Part shown: positions 1 through 9,376 of the stretch, one piece after another | Layout: every line of letters starts with the position of its first letter | Position numbering within the stretch: the first letter of the stretch is position 1 | Assembly: GCA_040755455.1 (NCBI GenBank) | Contig: JBFMAY010000005.1 | Span: 49,990-113,989 of the forward strand | DNA: 64,000 nucleotides | Source of the DNA: Thermodesulfobacteriota bacterium | GTDB lineage: Bacteria > Desulfobacterota > Desulfobulbia > Desulfobulbales > SURF-16 | Direction: 5' to 3' | Program-made: the position numbers and the translations under genes | The notes under the pieces: generated by a model | The model's input: only the letters and a program-made list of their open reading frames with translations | Database searches by the model: none | Told to the model about the DNA's origin: nothing

Positions 1-702
1 GGGGCACCGGTCGAGCTGCCTTCTCTTGATGTGGATCTTGCTGATTTCGATATTGCCGGTGCAAGTGAAATAACGGCTGTTGATCTATCCGATGAGGAAC
101 TTGAGGTGGAATTCCTGGCCGATGAACTGTCCGGGCTGGAATCAATTCCTGGTGATGATCTGGAGCTCGAGATAATCCCTGAATGGCAGACGGTTTCTCT
201 TGGGGAGATGGCTGAGGAATCCGCGGCGGTAGAAGAGTTGGAATTAGAGGAGAAAGAAGCTGCTCAGGAGCTGACGCTTGCTGCTGAAGAAATGGCTGAG
301 GAGGACAAATCTGCCGAAGAGTTTGCGGCAGTTGCAGAACCGGAAATAGAGGTGGAGGAAGCTGCGCCGGAACTGACGCTTGCTGGTGAAGAAATGGCTG
401 TGGAGGGAAAACAGGCCGAAGAGCCGGCAATAGCCGCAGAACCTGAATTGGAAAAGGAAGAAGCAGTTCCGGAGCCGCCGGTTGCTGTTGAAGAATGGAT
501 TGAAGAGATGGCTGCCGGGGAAAAGATCGTGCCGGTTGCAGAGCCGGAGTTAGAGCCGGTGGATACGGCAGCGCTGCCGGAAACCGCAGTGGAAGAAGCA
601 GTTCGCGCGGCAATTGCCGAGGAAGGGCCTGCCCCGTTTGCAGAGCAGAAAAAGGAATCGTTTTTTGGAAAAATTATCGCCCGCCTGAAAAGGATGTTCT
701 GA
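1..702 (+). CDS. C-terminal part of an acidic Glu/Ala-rich low-complexity protein (5' end outside window)
   Basis: Frame is open from base 1 to TGA at 700-702. Very Glu-rich, with three 34-aa repeats and a basic amphipathic C-terminus KKESFFGKIIARLKRMF. Confidence 0.75.
   Translation, partial: GAPVELPSLDVDLADFDIAGASEITAVDLSDEELEVEFLADELSGLESIPGDDLELEIIPEWQTVSLGEMAEESAAVEELELEEKEAAQELTLAAEEMAEEDKSAEEFAAVAEPEIEVEEAAPELTLAGEEMAVEGKQAEEPAIAAEPELEKEEAVPEPPVAVEEWIEEMAAGEKIVPVAEPELEPVDTAALPETAVEEAVRAAIAEEGPAPFAEQKKESFFGKIIARLKRMF
259..564 (+). repeat. Three degenerate 102-bp (34-aa) tandem repeats in the acidic protein
   Basis: Units start at 259, 361 and 463 (AAQELTLAAEEMAEE..., AAPELTLAGEEMAVE..., AVPEPPVAVEEWIEE...), each ending in AEPE[IL]E. 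Confidence 0.8.
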
Positions 703-956
703 TCGGGAATTGATAGTAGCTCAAAACCCGATCTGACCATTTTCAAAAGTAGATTTACTGATTTGACACTATCAGGAACCTCATTTTGTGCTTTTTGCTC
801 TAACCCCCTTTTTTCTCATTAAAATCTGCAGATATTGATCGACATTGCCGGCTGATTGGAATAATAAAAAAGACGTTCCCATAACGCTTGCGTGAATTTT
901 CATGGGCAGCTTTTATCTTCCTGCGCTATGCCTTCTTTTTTTGCAGAGGGGGGAAA

Positions 957-3092
957 ATGTTAATATTACCCGATGATTTTGCCGACAACGATCTGATCGG
1001 CCATAAAGATTATTGTGACGGGCTGGTTGAAATGATCCGCACGGTGGAATCCCGCCGCGGATCATTTACCATTGGCATTTATGGCCAATGGGGCTCGGGC
1101 AAGACCAGCATGCTGAAACAGATCAAGAAGGCCCTGGATGATGGGCAATCCACGGAACCCCCGCCAATACTTACGGTCTGGTTTAATCCATGGCAATTCG
1201 TTGCGGAAGAACATCTGATTATCCCGTTTTTTCATACCCTGATCGCCTCTCTGGAAAAACAACAGGCCAAAGAATCAATAACAGAAAAAATTGCGGAAAA
1301 GCTGTCCACTTTTGTAAAGAAGATTGCCCATGTCCCCCTGGCCCTGGTCTATGGCATGGAGGCGGAGCTGAAAATACCTTTCCTGCTGAAAACAAAATTT
1401 TCTTGCGACAAGGCCATGAATTACCAGCAGAAAAAGGAGACTGCCATTGCCGGGGAAAGCGCCAGAGAAAATGACACCGCCATGCAGGCCGCGGCCCGGG
1501 ATTACGAGAGCACCTACTACAATCTGCTGCAGATTCTCCAGGACGCCGCCGCCGGTCTGGAGGTGAAGATTGCCGTCTTCATTGATGACCTGGACCGCTG
1601 TCTGCCGGAAAAGGCCGTCCAGCTCCTGGAAGGCCTGAAGGTGCTGCTGGATTTGCCGAATTTCGTCTTTGTCATGGGGGTGGCCCAGGAGGTCATCGAG
1701 CGGGGCATCCGGGTGCGTTACCGGGATCTCTACCTCACCGGCCAGCGGGATGACCTGCCCAATATTGAAGGGCAATATCTCGATAAAATCATCCAGTTCC
1801 CCTTCACCCTGCCTGCCGCCGACCCGGAGGCCTTGCAGCAAAACATCCTGGGCGAGCAACTGCAACATCTGGAAGGCGCCGGGCCATTTGTCCCTATGAT
1901 CCATGAGGCCCTGGGCAACAACCCGAGGACCATCAAACGGTTCATCAACGCCGTTTCCTTTTCCCTGCACCTTGCCCGCAAAAAATCAGCACAGGACTTT
2001 CATCCCGAACTGTTGATCAAGACAAGTCTCATCGGCTATCTTTTTCCCTTGCTCTACCGGCAACTGGAACAATATCCAAGCCATCTGGTGCGGCTGGAAA
2101 AAATCATCCGGGAAACCGAGGAGGAAAGAGACAGGAAAAAAAATGCGCCGGGGGAGGGATTTCTTGAAGGCCAGGGCCATCAGGTGCAAAAGACTGATCT
2201 GCCCATCATCGACCAGTGGCTGGAGGATGACAAAATCAGTAAGCTGCTGCCGGTTTTAAAAATCCGGGCATCTGCCGGGGAAACCGGCTTTAATGACCCG
2301 CAAACGGTAAAAAAGTATGTCCGCTTGCTGGCCACTTCCCTGCAGTCGGAAGTCACCGCCAAGGCCAGGGACTCCCGGACAGCAAATAAATCGCTTCCTG
2401 AGCAGATGCGGGACCGCATGGTTCTCATCAAGGGTGGGGAATTTCAAATGGGTGATGAGGAAACCGGCCGGGTGCTCGTGACGTTAAGCCCCTTCCTGAT
2501 GGATAAATATCCGGTCACCCAGGCCCTCTATGAGCAGGTCATGAACAAGAACCCCAGCCGTTTCAAAGGGGAAGATCGGCCGGTGGAGACGGTGAGCTGG
2601 TTTGACGCCGTGGAGTTCTGCAATGAACTCTCCCGCCAGACCGGCCTGGAGCCGGCCTACGGGATGGCCGGTGAGCAGGTGACAAGAAAGCTCAAGGCAA
2701 ACGGCTACCGGCTGCCCACCGAGGCGGAGTGGGAGTATGCCTGCCGGGCCGGGACCACGGACGACCGCTATGGCGAGCTGGATGACATTGCCTGGTATGA
2801 TGAGAATTCAGGGGGGGAGAGCCACGGGGTCGGGCAGAAGCAGGCCAACGGTTTCGGCCTCTATGACATGCTGGGCAATGTCTGGGAGTGGTGCCAGGAC
2901 TGGTATGGCGGCTACCCCAGGGAACCGGTGACTGATCCCGCTGGTGCTGGACAGGGCTCATACCGCGTGTTTCGCGGCGGCTGCTGGTACGGCAATGCCA
3001 GGTTCGTGCGCGCGGCGATCCGCTACTGGTTTACGCCGGACGACCGCAGCGACTTCCTGGGCTTCCGGCTTGTCCTGCCCCCAGGTCAGTGA
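957..3092 (+). CDS. KAP-family P-loop NTPase fused to a C-terminal FGE-sulfatase (SUMF1/CLec-fold) domain
   Basis: KAP motifs: Walker A GQWGSGKTS, Walker B VFIDDLDRC, YLDKIIQFPFTLP, NPRTIKRFIN. FGE motifs: FQMG, YPVTQ, PVETVSW, RLPTEAEWEYACRAG, NGFGLYDMLGNVWEW, RGG.W, LGFR. ATG 957 follows a GAGGGGG RBS. Confidence 0.9.
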   Translation: MLILPDDFADNDLIGHKDYCDGLVEMIRTVESRRGSFTIGIYGQWGSGKTSMLKQIKKALDDGQSTEPPPILTVWFNPWQFVAEEHLIIPFFHTLIASLEKQQAKESITEKIAEKLSTFVKKIAHVPLALVYGMEAELKIPFLLKTKFSCDKAMNYQQKKETAIAGESARENDTAMQAAARDYESTYYNLLQILQDAAAGLEVKIAVFIDDLDRCLPEKAVQLLEGLKVLLDLPNFVFVMGVAQEVIERGIRVRYRDLYLTGQRDDLPNIEGQYLDKIIQFPFTLPAADPEALQQNILGEQLQHLEGAGPFVPMIHEALGNNPRTIKRFINAVSFSLHLARKKSAQDFHPELLIKTSLIGYLFPLLYRQLEQYPSHLVRLEKIIRETEEERDRKKNAPGEGFLEGQGHQVQKTDLPIIDQWLEDDKISKLLPVLKIRASAGETGFNDPQTVKKYVRLLATSLQSEVTAKARDSRTANKSLPEQMRDRMVLIKGGEFQMGDEETGRVLVTLSPFLMDKYPVTQALYEQVMNKNPSRFKGEDRPVETVSWFDAVEFCNELSRQTGLEPAYGMAGEQVTRKLKANGYRLPTEAEWEYACRAGTTDDRYGELDDIAWYDENSGGESHGVGQKQANGFGLYDMLGNVWEWCQDWYGGYPREPVTDPAGAGQGSYRVFRGGCWYGNARFVRAAIRYWFTPDDRSDFLGFRLVLPPGQ
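2961..3092 (+). other. Putative DGR variable region (VR) and IMH-like 3' end
   Basis: Codons at FGE variable positions are NNC/NNT (TAC, TTT, TGC, GGC, TTC, ATC, GAC, AGC). No A occurs at any third position over 37 codons (2961-3071). No TR or RT seen in the window. Confidence 0.6.
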
Positions 3093-3298
3093 GCCCGGCC
3101 AAGGAAGCGGAGCGCTCGCGCTATTTCCCATAGGCCTTTTCCTGCGGACCAAGTAAAACAAACTTGATCGTTTAATCCGGCCTGTTTTGGCAATCCAGGC
3201 ATCCGGCCGCCACATCATCGGCTTTCTTCCTGCACGCCCCGCAAAAAAAGATGAGCAAGGAAGAAAAGCCCAGCCAGGGCGGACAATTCCCGGCTGGA

Positions 3299-4546
3299 TC
3301 ATTGCCTGCATGGCGGCGGTGCGGCAAAGCGCTGTCTGATGGTGGCGATATCTCTTTTCCTGGCCAGAAAAAGATCCACCAGCTCCGGGTCAAACTGCGA
3401 ACCCTTGCCCTTTTCCACCTCGGAAAAGGCCTGGTCCGCATCCCAGGCATTTTTGTAGGGACGCTCGGAGGTCAGGGCGTCAAAGACGTCGCAGATGGCG
3501 GCTATTCGGCCGGCCAAGGGGATTTCTTCCCGGCACAGGCCCCCTGGGTAGCCGGTGCCGTCCCACCGTTCATGGTGGGTGAGGGCGATGCCCTTGGCCA
3601 TTTGCAGCAGCGGTGAGTCATTGCCCGAGAGGAGTTTGGCGCCGATGATGCTGTGGTTTTTCATGATGGCGAATTCCTGTTCGGTGAGTCGGCCCGGTTT
3701 GTGGAGAATGGCCTCGGCGATGCCCAGTTTACCCACGTCATGCATGGCCGTGGCATGGAAAATCAGCTGCCGCTCCTCTTCGCTCAGGCCAGCCGCCTCG
3801 GACAGGATATCGCAGTAATGGCTCATCTTGGTGATGTGCGGTCCGGTACAGCTGTCCCGGAACTGGGCGGCCTGGGCCAGGCGGTAGATCATTTCCAGCT
3901 GCATTCTCCACAGCTCCTTGGTCTGCTGTTCGATCTTTCGTTCAAGTTCCCTATGCCGGCTGCGCAGCAGCTCTTTTTCCTGCTGCTCCTGTTCCTCGGC
4001 AGCCATCTCCATGGTGACATCGGTCAGGGAACCGAAGGAGAGACAGATGTGGTCCCCGGGAAAAGATTCCACCACGGCCTGATCCTTCAGCCAGATGGCC
4101 GGCCGGTCTTTTAACGATATCTTGTAAACAGCTTCCATGGCGCCCCTGCTTTTCCCCTCATGGCGCAATTGCTCCTGGATGTGCTCCAGGTCTTTGTGAT
4201 CGATGATCTTCTTGCTGATTTTTCCGCTGTCGGAACCGTAATGGTAGGTGAGACGCTGCAGGACGCTGCCCCTGAAGATCTCCGCCACTTCGCATGGCTG
4301 GCAGCCGAGGAGCTGCAGCAGACGGCTGCCGGCAAACTCATACCAGATGGATTTGCCGGAGTTTTCCCGCCAGGCGGAAATGTATGGGATGGAAGGATTG
4401 GCGTTGACGCTGAAACTGCGGAAGAGACTGATGGCATCGGCAACCCGTTTTTTGAGTTCGTTGCTGAACTCGCCTTTGAGGATGCGGCCACAGTAATCAC
4501 GATCGAAAATCCAGTTGGAATCCTGCTGATTGCTCATCTGGTTCAC
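3299..4546 (-). CDS. HD-GYP c-di-GMP phosphodiesterase with N-terminal PAS-like/unknown domain
   Basis: HDVGK, HHERWDGTGYP and ICDVFDALTSERPYK motifs; coiled-coil linker. Confidence 0.9.
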   Translation of the reverse strand: MNQMSNQQDSNWIFDRDYCGRILKGEFSNELKKRVADAISLFRSFSVNANPSIPYISAWRENSGKSIWYEFAGSRLLQLLGCQPCEVAEIFRGSVLQRLTYHYGSDSGKISKKIIDHKDLEHIQEQLRHEGKSRGAMEAVYKISLKDRPAIWLKDQAVVESFPGDHICLSFGSLTDVTMEMAAEEQEQQEKELLRSRHRELERKIEQQTKELWRMQLEMIYRLAQAAQFRDSCTGPHITKMSHYCDILSEAAGLSEEERQLIFHATAMHDVGKLGIAEAILHKPGRLTEQEFAIMKNHSIIGAKLLSGNDSPLLQMAKGIALTHHERWDGTGYPGGLCREEIPLAGRIAAICDVFDALTSERPYKNAWDADQAFSEVEKGKGSQFDPELVDLFLARKRDIATIRQRFAAPPPCRQ

Positions 4547-4569
4547 CTCATCGTCAAATTGTTATGTAA

Positions 4570-4600
4570 ATTATAGCAGCCGGTTTTGGCCGGATGTCAA
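4570..4600 (-). promoter_or_regulatory. Sigma-70-type promoter for the HD-GYP gene
   Basis: Minus strand TTGACA (4600-4595), 19-nt spacer, TATAAT (4575-4570), with extended -10 TG. Confidence 0.6.
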
Positions 4601-4771
4601 GAAAATAAGAAGTTACAGGCAAATAAGTTGAGATTCCCGGAGCTGTGAGGTCTTTTTTATCTTGTGTTGGGAGTAAATGTGGTTTAATATATCAAATTTT
4701 TTGGTGGATTTTCCGGGGACAGTTTCGTCCCTGCAGGGATCGGCCATAAGAACATTTGAGTAAAAGCGGAT

Positions 4772-6562
4772 ATGGATCAGACAAAAATCAGGAATGTGGC
4801 AATCATCGCCCATGTTGACCATGGCAAGACAACTCTGGTGGATCAGCTGTTCAGGCAGAGCGGCATGTTCCGCTCAAACCAGGCGGTTACAGAACGTCTC
4901 ATGGATTCCATGGATCTGGAGCGGGAACGAGGCATCACCATCGCCTCCAAGAATGGATCATATAAGTATAAGGATTACTGGATCAATATCATCGACACCC
5001 CGGGCCATGCCGACTTCGGCGGTCAGGTTGAGCGGGTGCTGCGCATGGCGGACGGCTGTCTCCTGCTGGTGGATGCCCAGGAAGGCCCCATGCCCCAGAC
5101 CTATTTCGTGCTGAAAAAGGCGCTGGCCAATTCGCTGCCGATTATTGTGGTCATCAATAAGATCGACAAGCCGGCAGCCCGCTGCGAGTGGGCCGTTGAT
5201 CAGGTTTTTGATCTCTTTGTCAAGCTCAATGCGCCTGATGAACTGCTTGAGTTTCCCGTGGTCTATGCCTCGGCCAAGCAGGGCTATGCGCTGCGCGCCC
5301 TTGATGAAAAAAACAGCAACATGGATCCCATTTCGGCAATGATCGTTTCCGCCATCCCGGCTCCCACCGGCAGCAGCGACGCCCCGCTGCAGATGCAGGT
5401 CAACACCATCGATTACTCGCCGTATCTGGGCAGGCTCGGCATCGGCAAGGTGGTGAACGGCACCCTGAAAATCAACAAGGATATTGCCGTGGCCCGCCGG
5501 GACGGCTCCATTTCCCCCATCAGGATTTCCAAGATTTTCCGTTTCGAGGCCAATGAAAAAATCGCCGTTTCCGAGGCCACCACCGGTGAAATCGTTGCCG
5601 TGGCGGGCATGGATGACGTGACCGTCGGCGTGACCTTTACCGACCCGCTTAATCCCCAGCCCCTGCCGCTGATCGAGATCGATCCGCCCACCCTGTCCAT
5701 GAACTTTGTGCCCAATGATTCACCTTTTGCCGGCAGGGAGGGGAAGTATGTCACCTCACGGCACATTGAGGAACGTCTGGCCCGGGAGACCCTGTCCGAT
5801 GTGGCGCTGCATGTGCAGCCCTTGACTGAGGGCGTCGGATACAAGGTTTCCGGCCGGGGCGAGCTGCACCTTTCCATCCTCATTGAGAAAATGCGGCGGG
5901 AAGGTTACGAGTTCCAGGTCACCAGGCCCCAGGTCATCATGAAGGAGGAAAACGGCAAACAGCTTGAGCCCTATGAGGAGCTGACCATTGATGTGGATGA
6001 GCAGTATCAGGGGGTGGTGATTGAAAAACTTGGCAAGCTGAAGGGCCAGATGCTGGAAATGCGCAACGAGAACAACATGGCCAAGCTGATTTACAAAATC
6101 CCCACCCGGGGGTTGCTCGGCTTCCGTTCCCAGTTCATGACCGACACCAAGGGCATGGGCATCATGAACTATGTCTTTGCCGAATACGGCCCGTACGCCG
6201 GCGATATCACCAATCGGGTCAACGGGGTTTTGATCGTCAAGGAGCCATGCACCACGGTGGCCTATGCGCTGTTTAATCTGCAGGAAAGGGGGCGGATTTT
6301 CCTCGGCCCTGGCGTTGATGTCTATGCCGGGCAGATCATCGGCGAAAATACCCGGCCCGCGGATATGGTGGTCAACCCGGCCAAGGGTAAGAAGCTGACC
6401 AATATGCGCGCCTCGGGCTCCGATGAGGCGGTCATTCTCACCCCGCCCAGGCTGATGAGCCTGGAAGACTGCATTGCCTACATCAACGACGATGAACTGG
6501 TGGAGGTGACCCCCGCTTCCATCCGTCTGCGCAAACGCAAGAACGGCAACTTTAAGCCGTAA
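4772..6562 (+). CDS. typA: Translational GTPase TypA/BipA
   Basis: IRNVAIIAHVDHGKTTLVD, DTPGHADFGG, NKID, VSGRGELHLSIL, KGKKLTNMRASGSDEA, DELVEVTP. Confidence 0.97.
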   Translation: MDQTKIRNVAIIAHVDHGKTTLVDQLFRQSGMFRSNQAVTERLMDSMDLERERGITIASKNGSYKYKDYWINIIDTPGHADFGGQVERVLRMADGCLLLVDAQEGPMPQTYFVLKKALANSLPIIVVINKIDKPAARCEWAVDQVFDLFVKLNAPDELLEFPVVYASAKQGYALRALDEKNSNMDPISAMIVSAIPAPTGSSDAPLQMQVNTIDYSPYLGRLGIGKVVNGTLKINKDIAVARRDGSISPIRISKIFRFEANEKIAVSEATTGEIVAVAGMDDVTVGVTFTDPLNPQPLPLIEIDPPTLSMNFVPNDSPFAGREGKYVTSRHIEERLARETLSDVALHVQPLTEGVGYKVSGRGELHLSILIEKMRREGYEFQVTRPQVIMKEENGKQLEPYEELTIDVDEQYQGVVIEKLGKLKGQMLEMRNENNMAKLIYKIPTRGLLGFRSQFMTDTKGMGIMNYVFAEYGPYAGDITNRVNGVLIVKEPCTTVAYALFNLQERGRIFLGPGVDVYAGQIIGENTRPADMVVNPAKGKKLTNMRASGSDEAVILTPPRLMSLEDCIAYINDDELVEVTPASIRLRKRKNGNFKP

Positions 6563-6589
6563 GAACCCTGGCATTTCAGCACAACCACC

Positions 6590-6621
6590 AAAACGACCCT
6601 GGCAGCAGGGTCGTTTTTTTT
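6590..6621 (+). terminator. Rho-independent terminator after typA (possibly bidirectional)
   Basis: AAAACGACCCTG-gcag-CAGGGTCGTTTT followed by a T-run. Confidence 0.85.
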
Positions 6622-6691
6622 GGAGGAGCGGGTAGGAGGGGAGAGGCGGTGCAAGGGCATGGAGGATGATTTCATGCCTGCCAGGGATTTT

Positions 6692-8014
6692 TCAGGCCGG
6701 TGGGGTCATGCCCTTGTTCTCAAAGTTTACCTCCAGGGCCTGCTGGCGGAGAACGAGGATTTTATCAATGATGGCATTGATTTCTTTATCCTTAAACTCG
6801 GTCTTGTCGGCCTGCTCTCCCTGTATATCCTTGAAAAAATGAGCAATTTTCAATTCACCTGTCGGTTTTGCCGGGACAAAAAGCTCCTTTTCCTCAGTGC
6901 TGACCGGTAGGATTTTGCCTATTGCCAGCAGCCGGGCCAGGGCGTTTCTGACGAAACTTTCGGACAGGCCCAGCCGGTTGCTGATGGTGGCTGGGCCGGA
7001 CGGGCCATCGCCTCTGTCGAAAGCCCGGCAGATGGCAAGCAGCACGGCCAGGCATATTTTTTCCCTGCTGGCAAAGCTGATGTTTGTTTCAAATTCAAGG
7101 GGATGGAATTTACCCGCGTTCTGGCAGGCGAAATTGATGATCCCGCCGAACAGCACGAGAAGCCAGGTCGTCTGCAGCCAGATCATGAAGATCGGCACTG
7201 AGGCGAAGGTGCCGTAAATGGCGTTGTATTTGGCCACCCCGATCTGAAATTTGATAAAGATGATCTGGGTTAGCTGCCAGAGGCAGCCGGTGATGGTGCC
7301 CGCCAGCAGGGCCGGGTAAAAGCGGACCGTGGTGTTCGGCATGATGATATAGAGCAGGGTCAGAATGAGAATGCTTGTTACCCAGGGCAGACTCAGGAAA
7401 AAGAGTTTCATGGCCCCGGCGAACAGACCGATTTCCAGCAGTTTCTGGGTAAAGGCATGACTGCGCAGCGTGGTGGAAAGCCCCAGGGTTACCGCCAGCA
7501 GCAGCGGACCGATGATGAGGATGGAAAGATAGTCGCTTGCTTTTCTGATGAAGGTGCGCGGTTTTCTGATGGACCAGATCTGATTGAACGAGTCTTCAAT
7601 CTGGCCAAGCATGGATATCGCCGTATAGGCAATAAACAAGAGGCCGATGGAGCCGAGGGCCGTTACATTGGTATTGTTGACATATTCGATGATTTTGGGG
7701 ATCAGGTCGGCGGCGATTTCACCGCCAACAGCCTTTTCCAGCAGTAAAGGCTCGATCTTGTCCTGGATGCCGAAGCCCTTGGCAATGGAAAAAATCATGG
7801 CCAGCATGGGAACGAGGGAGAGAAGGAAGGTAAAGGAAAGGGCCGAGGCATGGTTGACCAGCTGTTTGTTGAACGGGGCCCGGGCGGCAATGAGGCAGAT
7901 TTTGACGATACGGACCATGGGCCGTTTTGCCGGAGGCAGCTCAGATTCCCGCAGACTCCAGATTGAGCTGTGCTCAGGATGCAGTTGAAAAAGGTGTCGC
8001 ATTGACGGTTTCAT
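6692..8014 (-). CDS. YihY/virulence factor BrkB family membrane protein with C-terminal HTH
   Basis: ASALSFTFLLSLVP, IEDSFNQIW and YNAIYGTFASVPIFMIW motifs; multiple TM helices. Start uncertain (8026, 8014 or 8002). Confidence 0.88.
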   Translation of the reverse strand: MKPSMRHLFQLHPEHSSIWSLRESELPPAKRPMVRIVKICLIAARAPFNKQLVNHASALSFTFLLSLVPMLAMIFSIAKGFGIQDKIEPLLLEKAVGGEIAADLIPKIIEYVNNTNVTALGSIGLLFIAYTAISMLGQIEDSFNQIWSIRKPRTFIRKASDYLSILIIGPLLLAVTLGLSTTLRSHAFTQKLLEIGLFAGAMKLFFLSLPWVTSILILTLLYIIMPNTTVRFYPALLAGTITGCLWQLTQIIFIKFQIGVAKYNAIYGTFASVPIFMIWLQTTWLLVLFGGIINFACQNAGKFHPLEFETNISFASREKICLAVLLAICRAFDRGDGPSGPATISNRLGLSESFVRNALARLLAIGKILPVSTEEKELFVPAKPTGELKIAHFFKDIQGEQADKTEFKDKEINAIIDKILVLRQQALEVNFENKGMTPPA

Positions 8015-9224
8015 GGGATGTGGCATGCCCCTGGTCAGAATTCGCGGATCTGTCAGCGATTTTCTGCCCGAGCTGATTGATGAGATATTGCGAAACCTCG
8101 TTTTTGGAGGTGTGGTCCATCTCCAGGAATGAAACCCCGATTTCGTACTGGTCTGCGCCCACGAGTGCAATGCGGACCACTGTGCCAAGCAGCAGCACCG
8201 TCGCGTTGAAATCTTCAAAGGGAATCTGCAGCTGAATCTTGTTGCCGACGGCAAAACAGGGGTTGTCGCTCCTGAAAAGGATGCCGGTCAGGCTCAGGTT
8301 TTTCGCCTGTGCCGAGAAAGATTCGGTGGCTTCGTCGATACTGATTTTTTTGACGAGAATCTCCGGAGAAAAATCAACCCTGATATAGCGGCGTTTATTG
8401 GGCGAGTATGCCTGGATATTATTTTTTCCCAGGGATTTGGCCTTGAGGAGAGCCATATCGGCAAACCTGACGAGTTCTGTCGCGTCGCTCGTGTCAATGG
8501 GAAAATTGGCAAGGCCGCCGCTTATGGTCAGAGGAATACTCTTGCCGGCATACTCCAGAGTAAGATGGGCAATGAGTTCCCTGATCCTTTCAGCTAGGAT
8601 GAGGCCGGTTGCCTTTTTGGTTTCCGGCAGGATAATGACAATTTCCTCGCCGCCATAGCGGGAGGCGATGTCTTCCGAGCGTATCGCGTCCCTGATGGCC
8701 TGGGAGAGATCTTTTAAAACGAGGTCGCCGGCAAGATGGCCATGGTTGTCATTGACGGCCTTGAAGTTGTCGATGTCCAGAAATAAAACGGAAAGTTCCG
8801 TGCCATACCTCTTGGCCCGGGCGACTTCCCTGACCAGGGACTCATCAAAATAGGCGCGGTTGTAAAGGCCGGTAAGTCTGTCATATTTGGCGCTGTTGAT
8901 CGTGTTTTCAAAGATATGAATTTCAACCACCTTGGGGTTTTTCAGCGATTTGTGGATGGAACAGAAATAATCGCAGATGGCGGTGCGCAGGTTGACATTG
9001 TGGCCGAGTTGGTTGCTCATCTCCCGCCGGTGCAGACAGATCTCCCGCCAGGAATCCTCTGCTTCCTGCCGGCTGAGTTCGAGATGGGTCAGGACGTGAA
9101 ATATCACCGGGAAAGCCTGCTGGCCGAATTCGGCGGCGACATCATCAAGGGATGTTACGAGTTTTTCGTCGTTATTTGAGTAATTGTAAAGACACTGCAG
9201 TATTTTGTTGCGGATGAGTTGCAT
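7974..9224 (-). CDS. Diguanylate cyclase (GGEEI) with C-terminal PilZ domain
   Basis: DRLTGLYNR, DIDNFKAVND.HGH..GD, I-site RSED, RYGGEEI; PilZ motifs RRYIR and NLSLTG. Confidence 0.9.
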   Translation of the reverse strand: MQLIRNKILQCLYNYSNNDEKLVTSLDDVAAEFGQQAFPVIFHVLTHLELSRQEAEDSWREICLHRREMSNQLGHNVNLRTAICDYFCSIHKSLKNPKVVEIHIFENTINSAKYDRLTGLYNRAYFDESLVREVARAKRYGTELSVLFLDIDNFKAVNDNHGHLAGDLVLKDLSQAIRDAIRSEDIASRYGGEEIVIILPETKKATGLILAERIRELIAHLTLEYAGKSIPLTISGGLANFPIDTSDATELVRFADMALLKAKSLGKNNIQAYSPNKRRYIRVDFSPEILVKKISIDEATESFSAQAKNLSLTGILFRSDNPCFAVGNKIQLQIPFEDFNATVLLLGTVVRIALVGADQYEIGVSFLEMDHTSKNEVSQYLINQLGQKIADRSANSDQGHATSHETVNATPFSTAS

Positions 9225-9376
9225 AAGCGGAATCTTTCACCTCTGGTCAAGAGTCTGCGGGGAAATGCACTGGTAGTTATTCAGCAACAACATGACAAGC
9301 TTGAAACTCATAGCAGAAGTACTATAATATACCTGTTGGCTATCGCCTTATAAAAAAATGAATTTTTTTAAAACAT

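Noticed and set aside
712..772. MITE/IS end upstream of the KAP gene (imperfect ATAGT..TCAAA inverted repeat)
   Set aside because: Too short and degenerate, with no target-site duplication or second copy seen.
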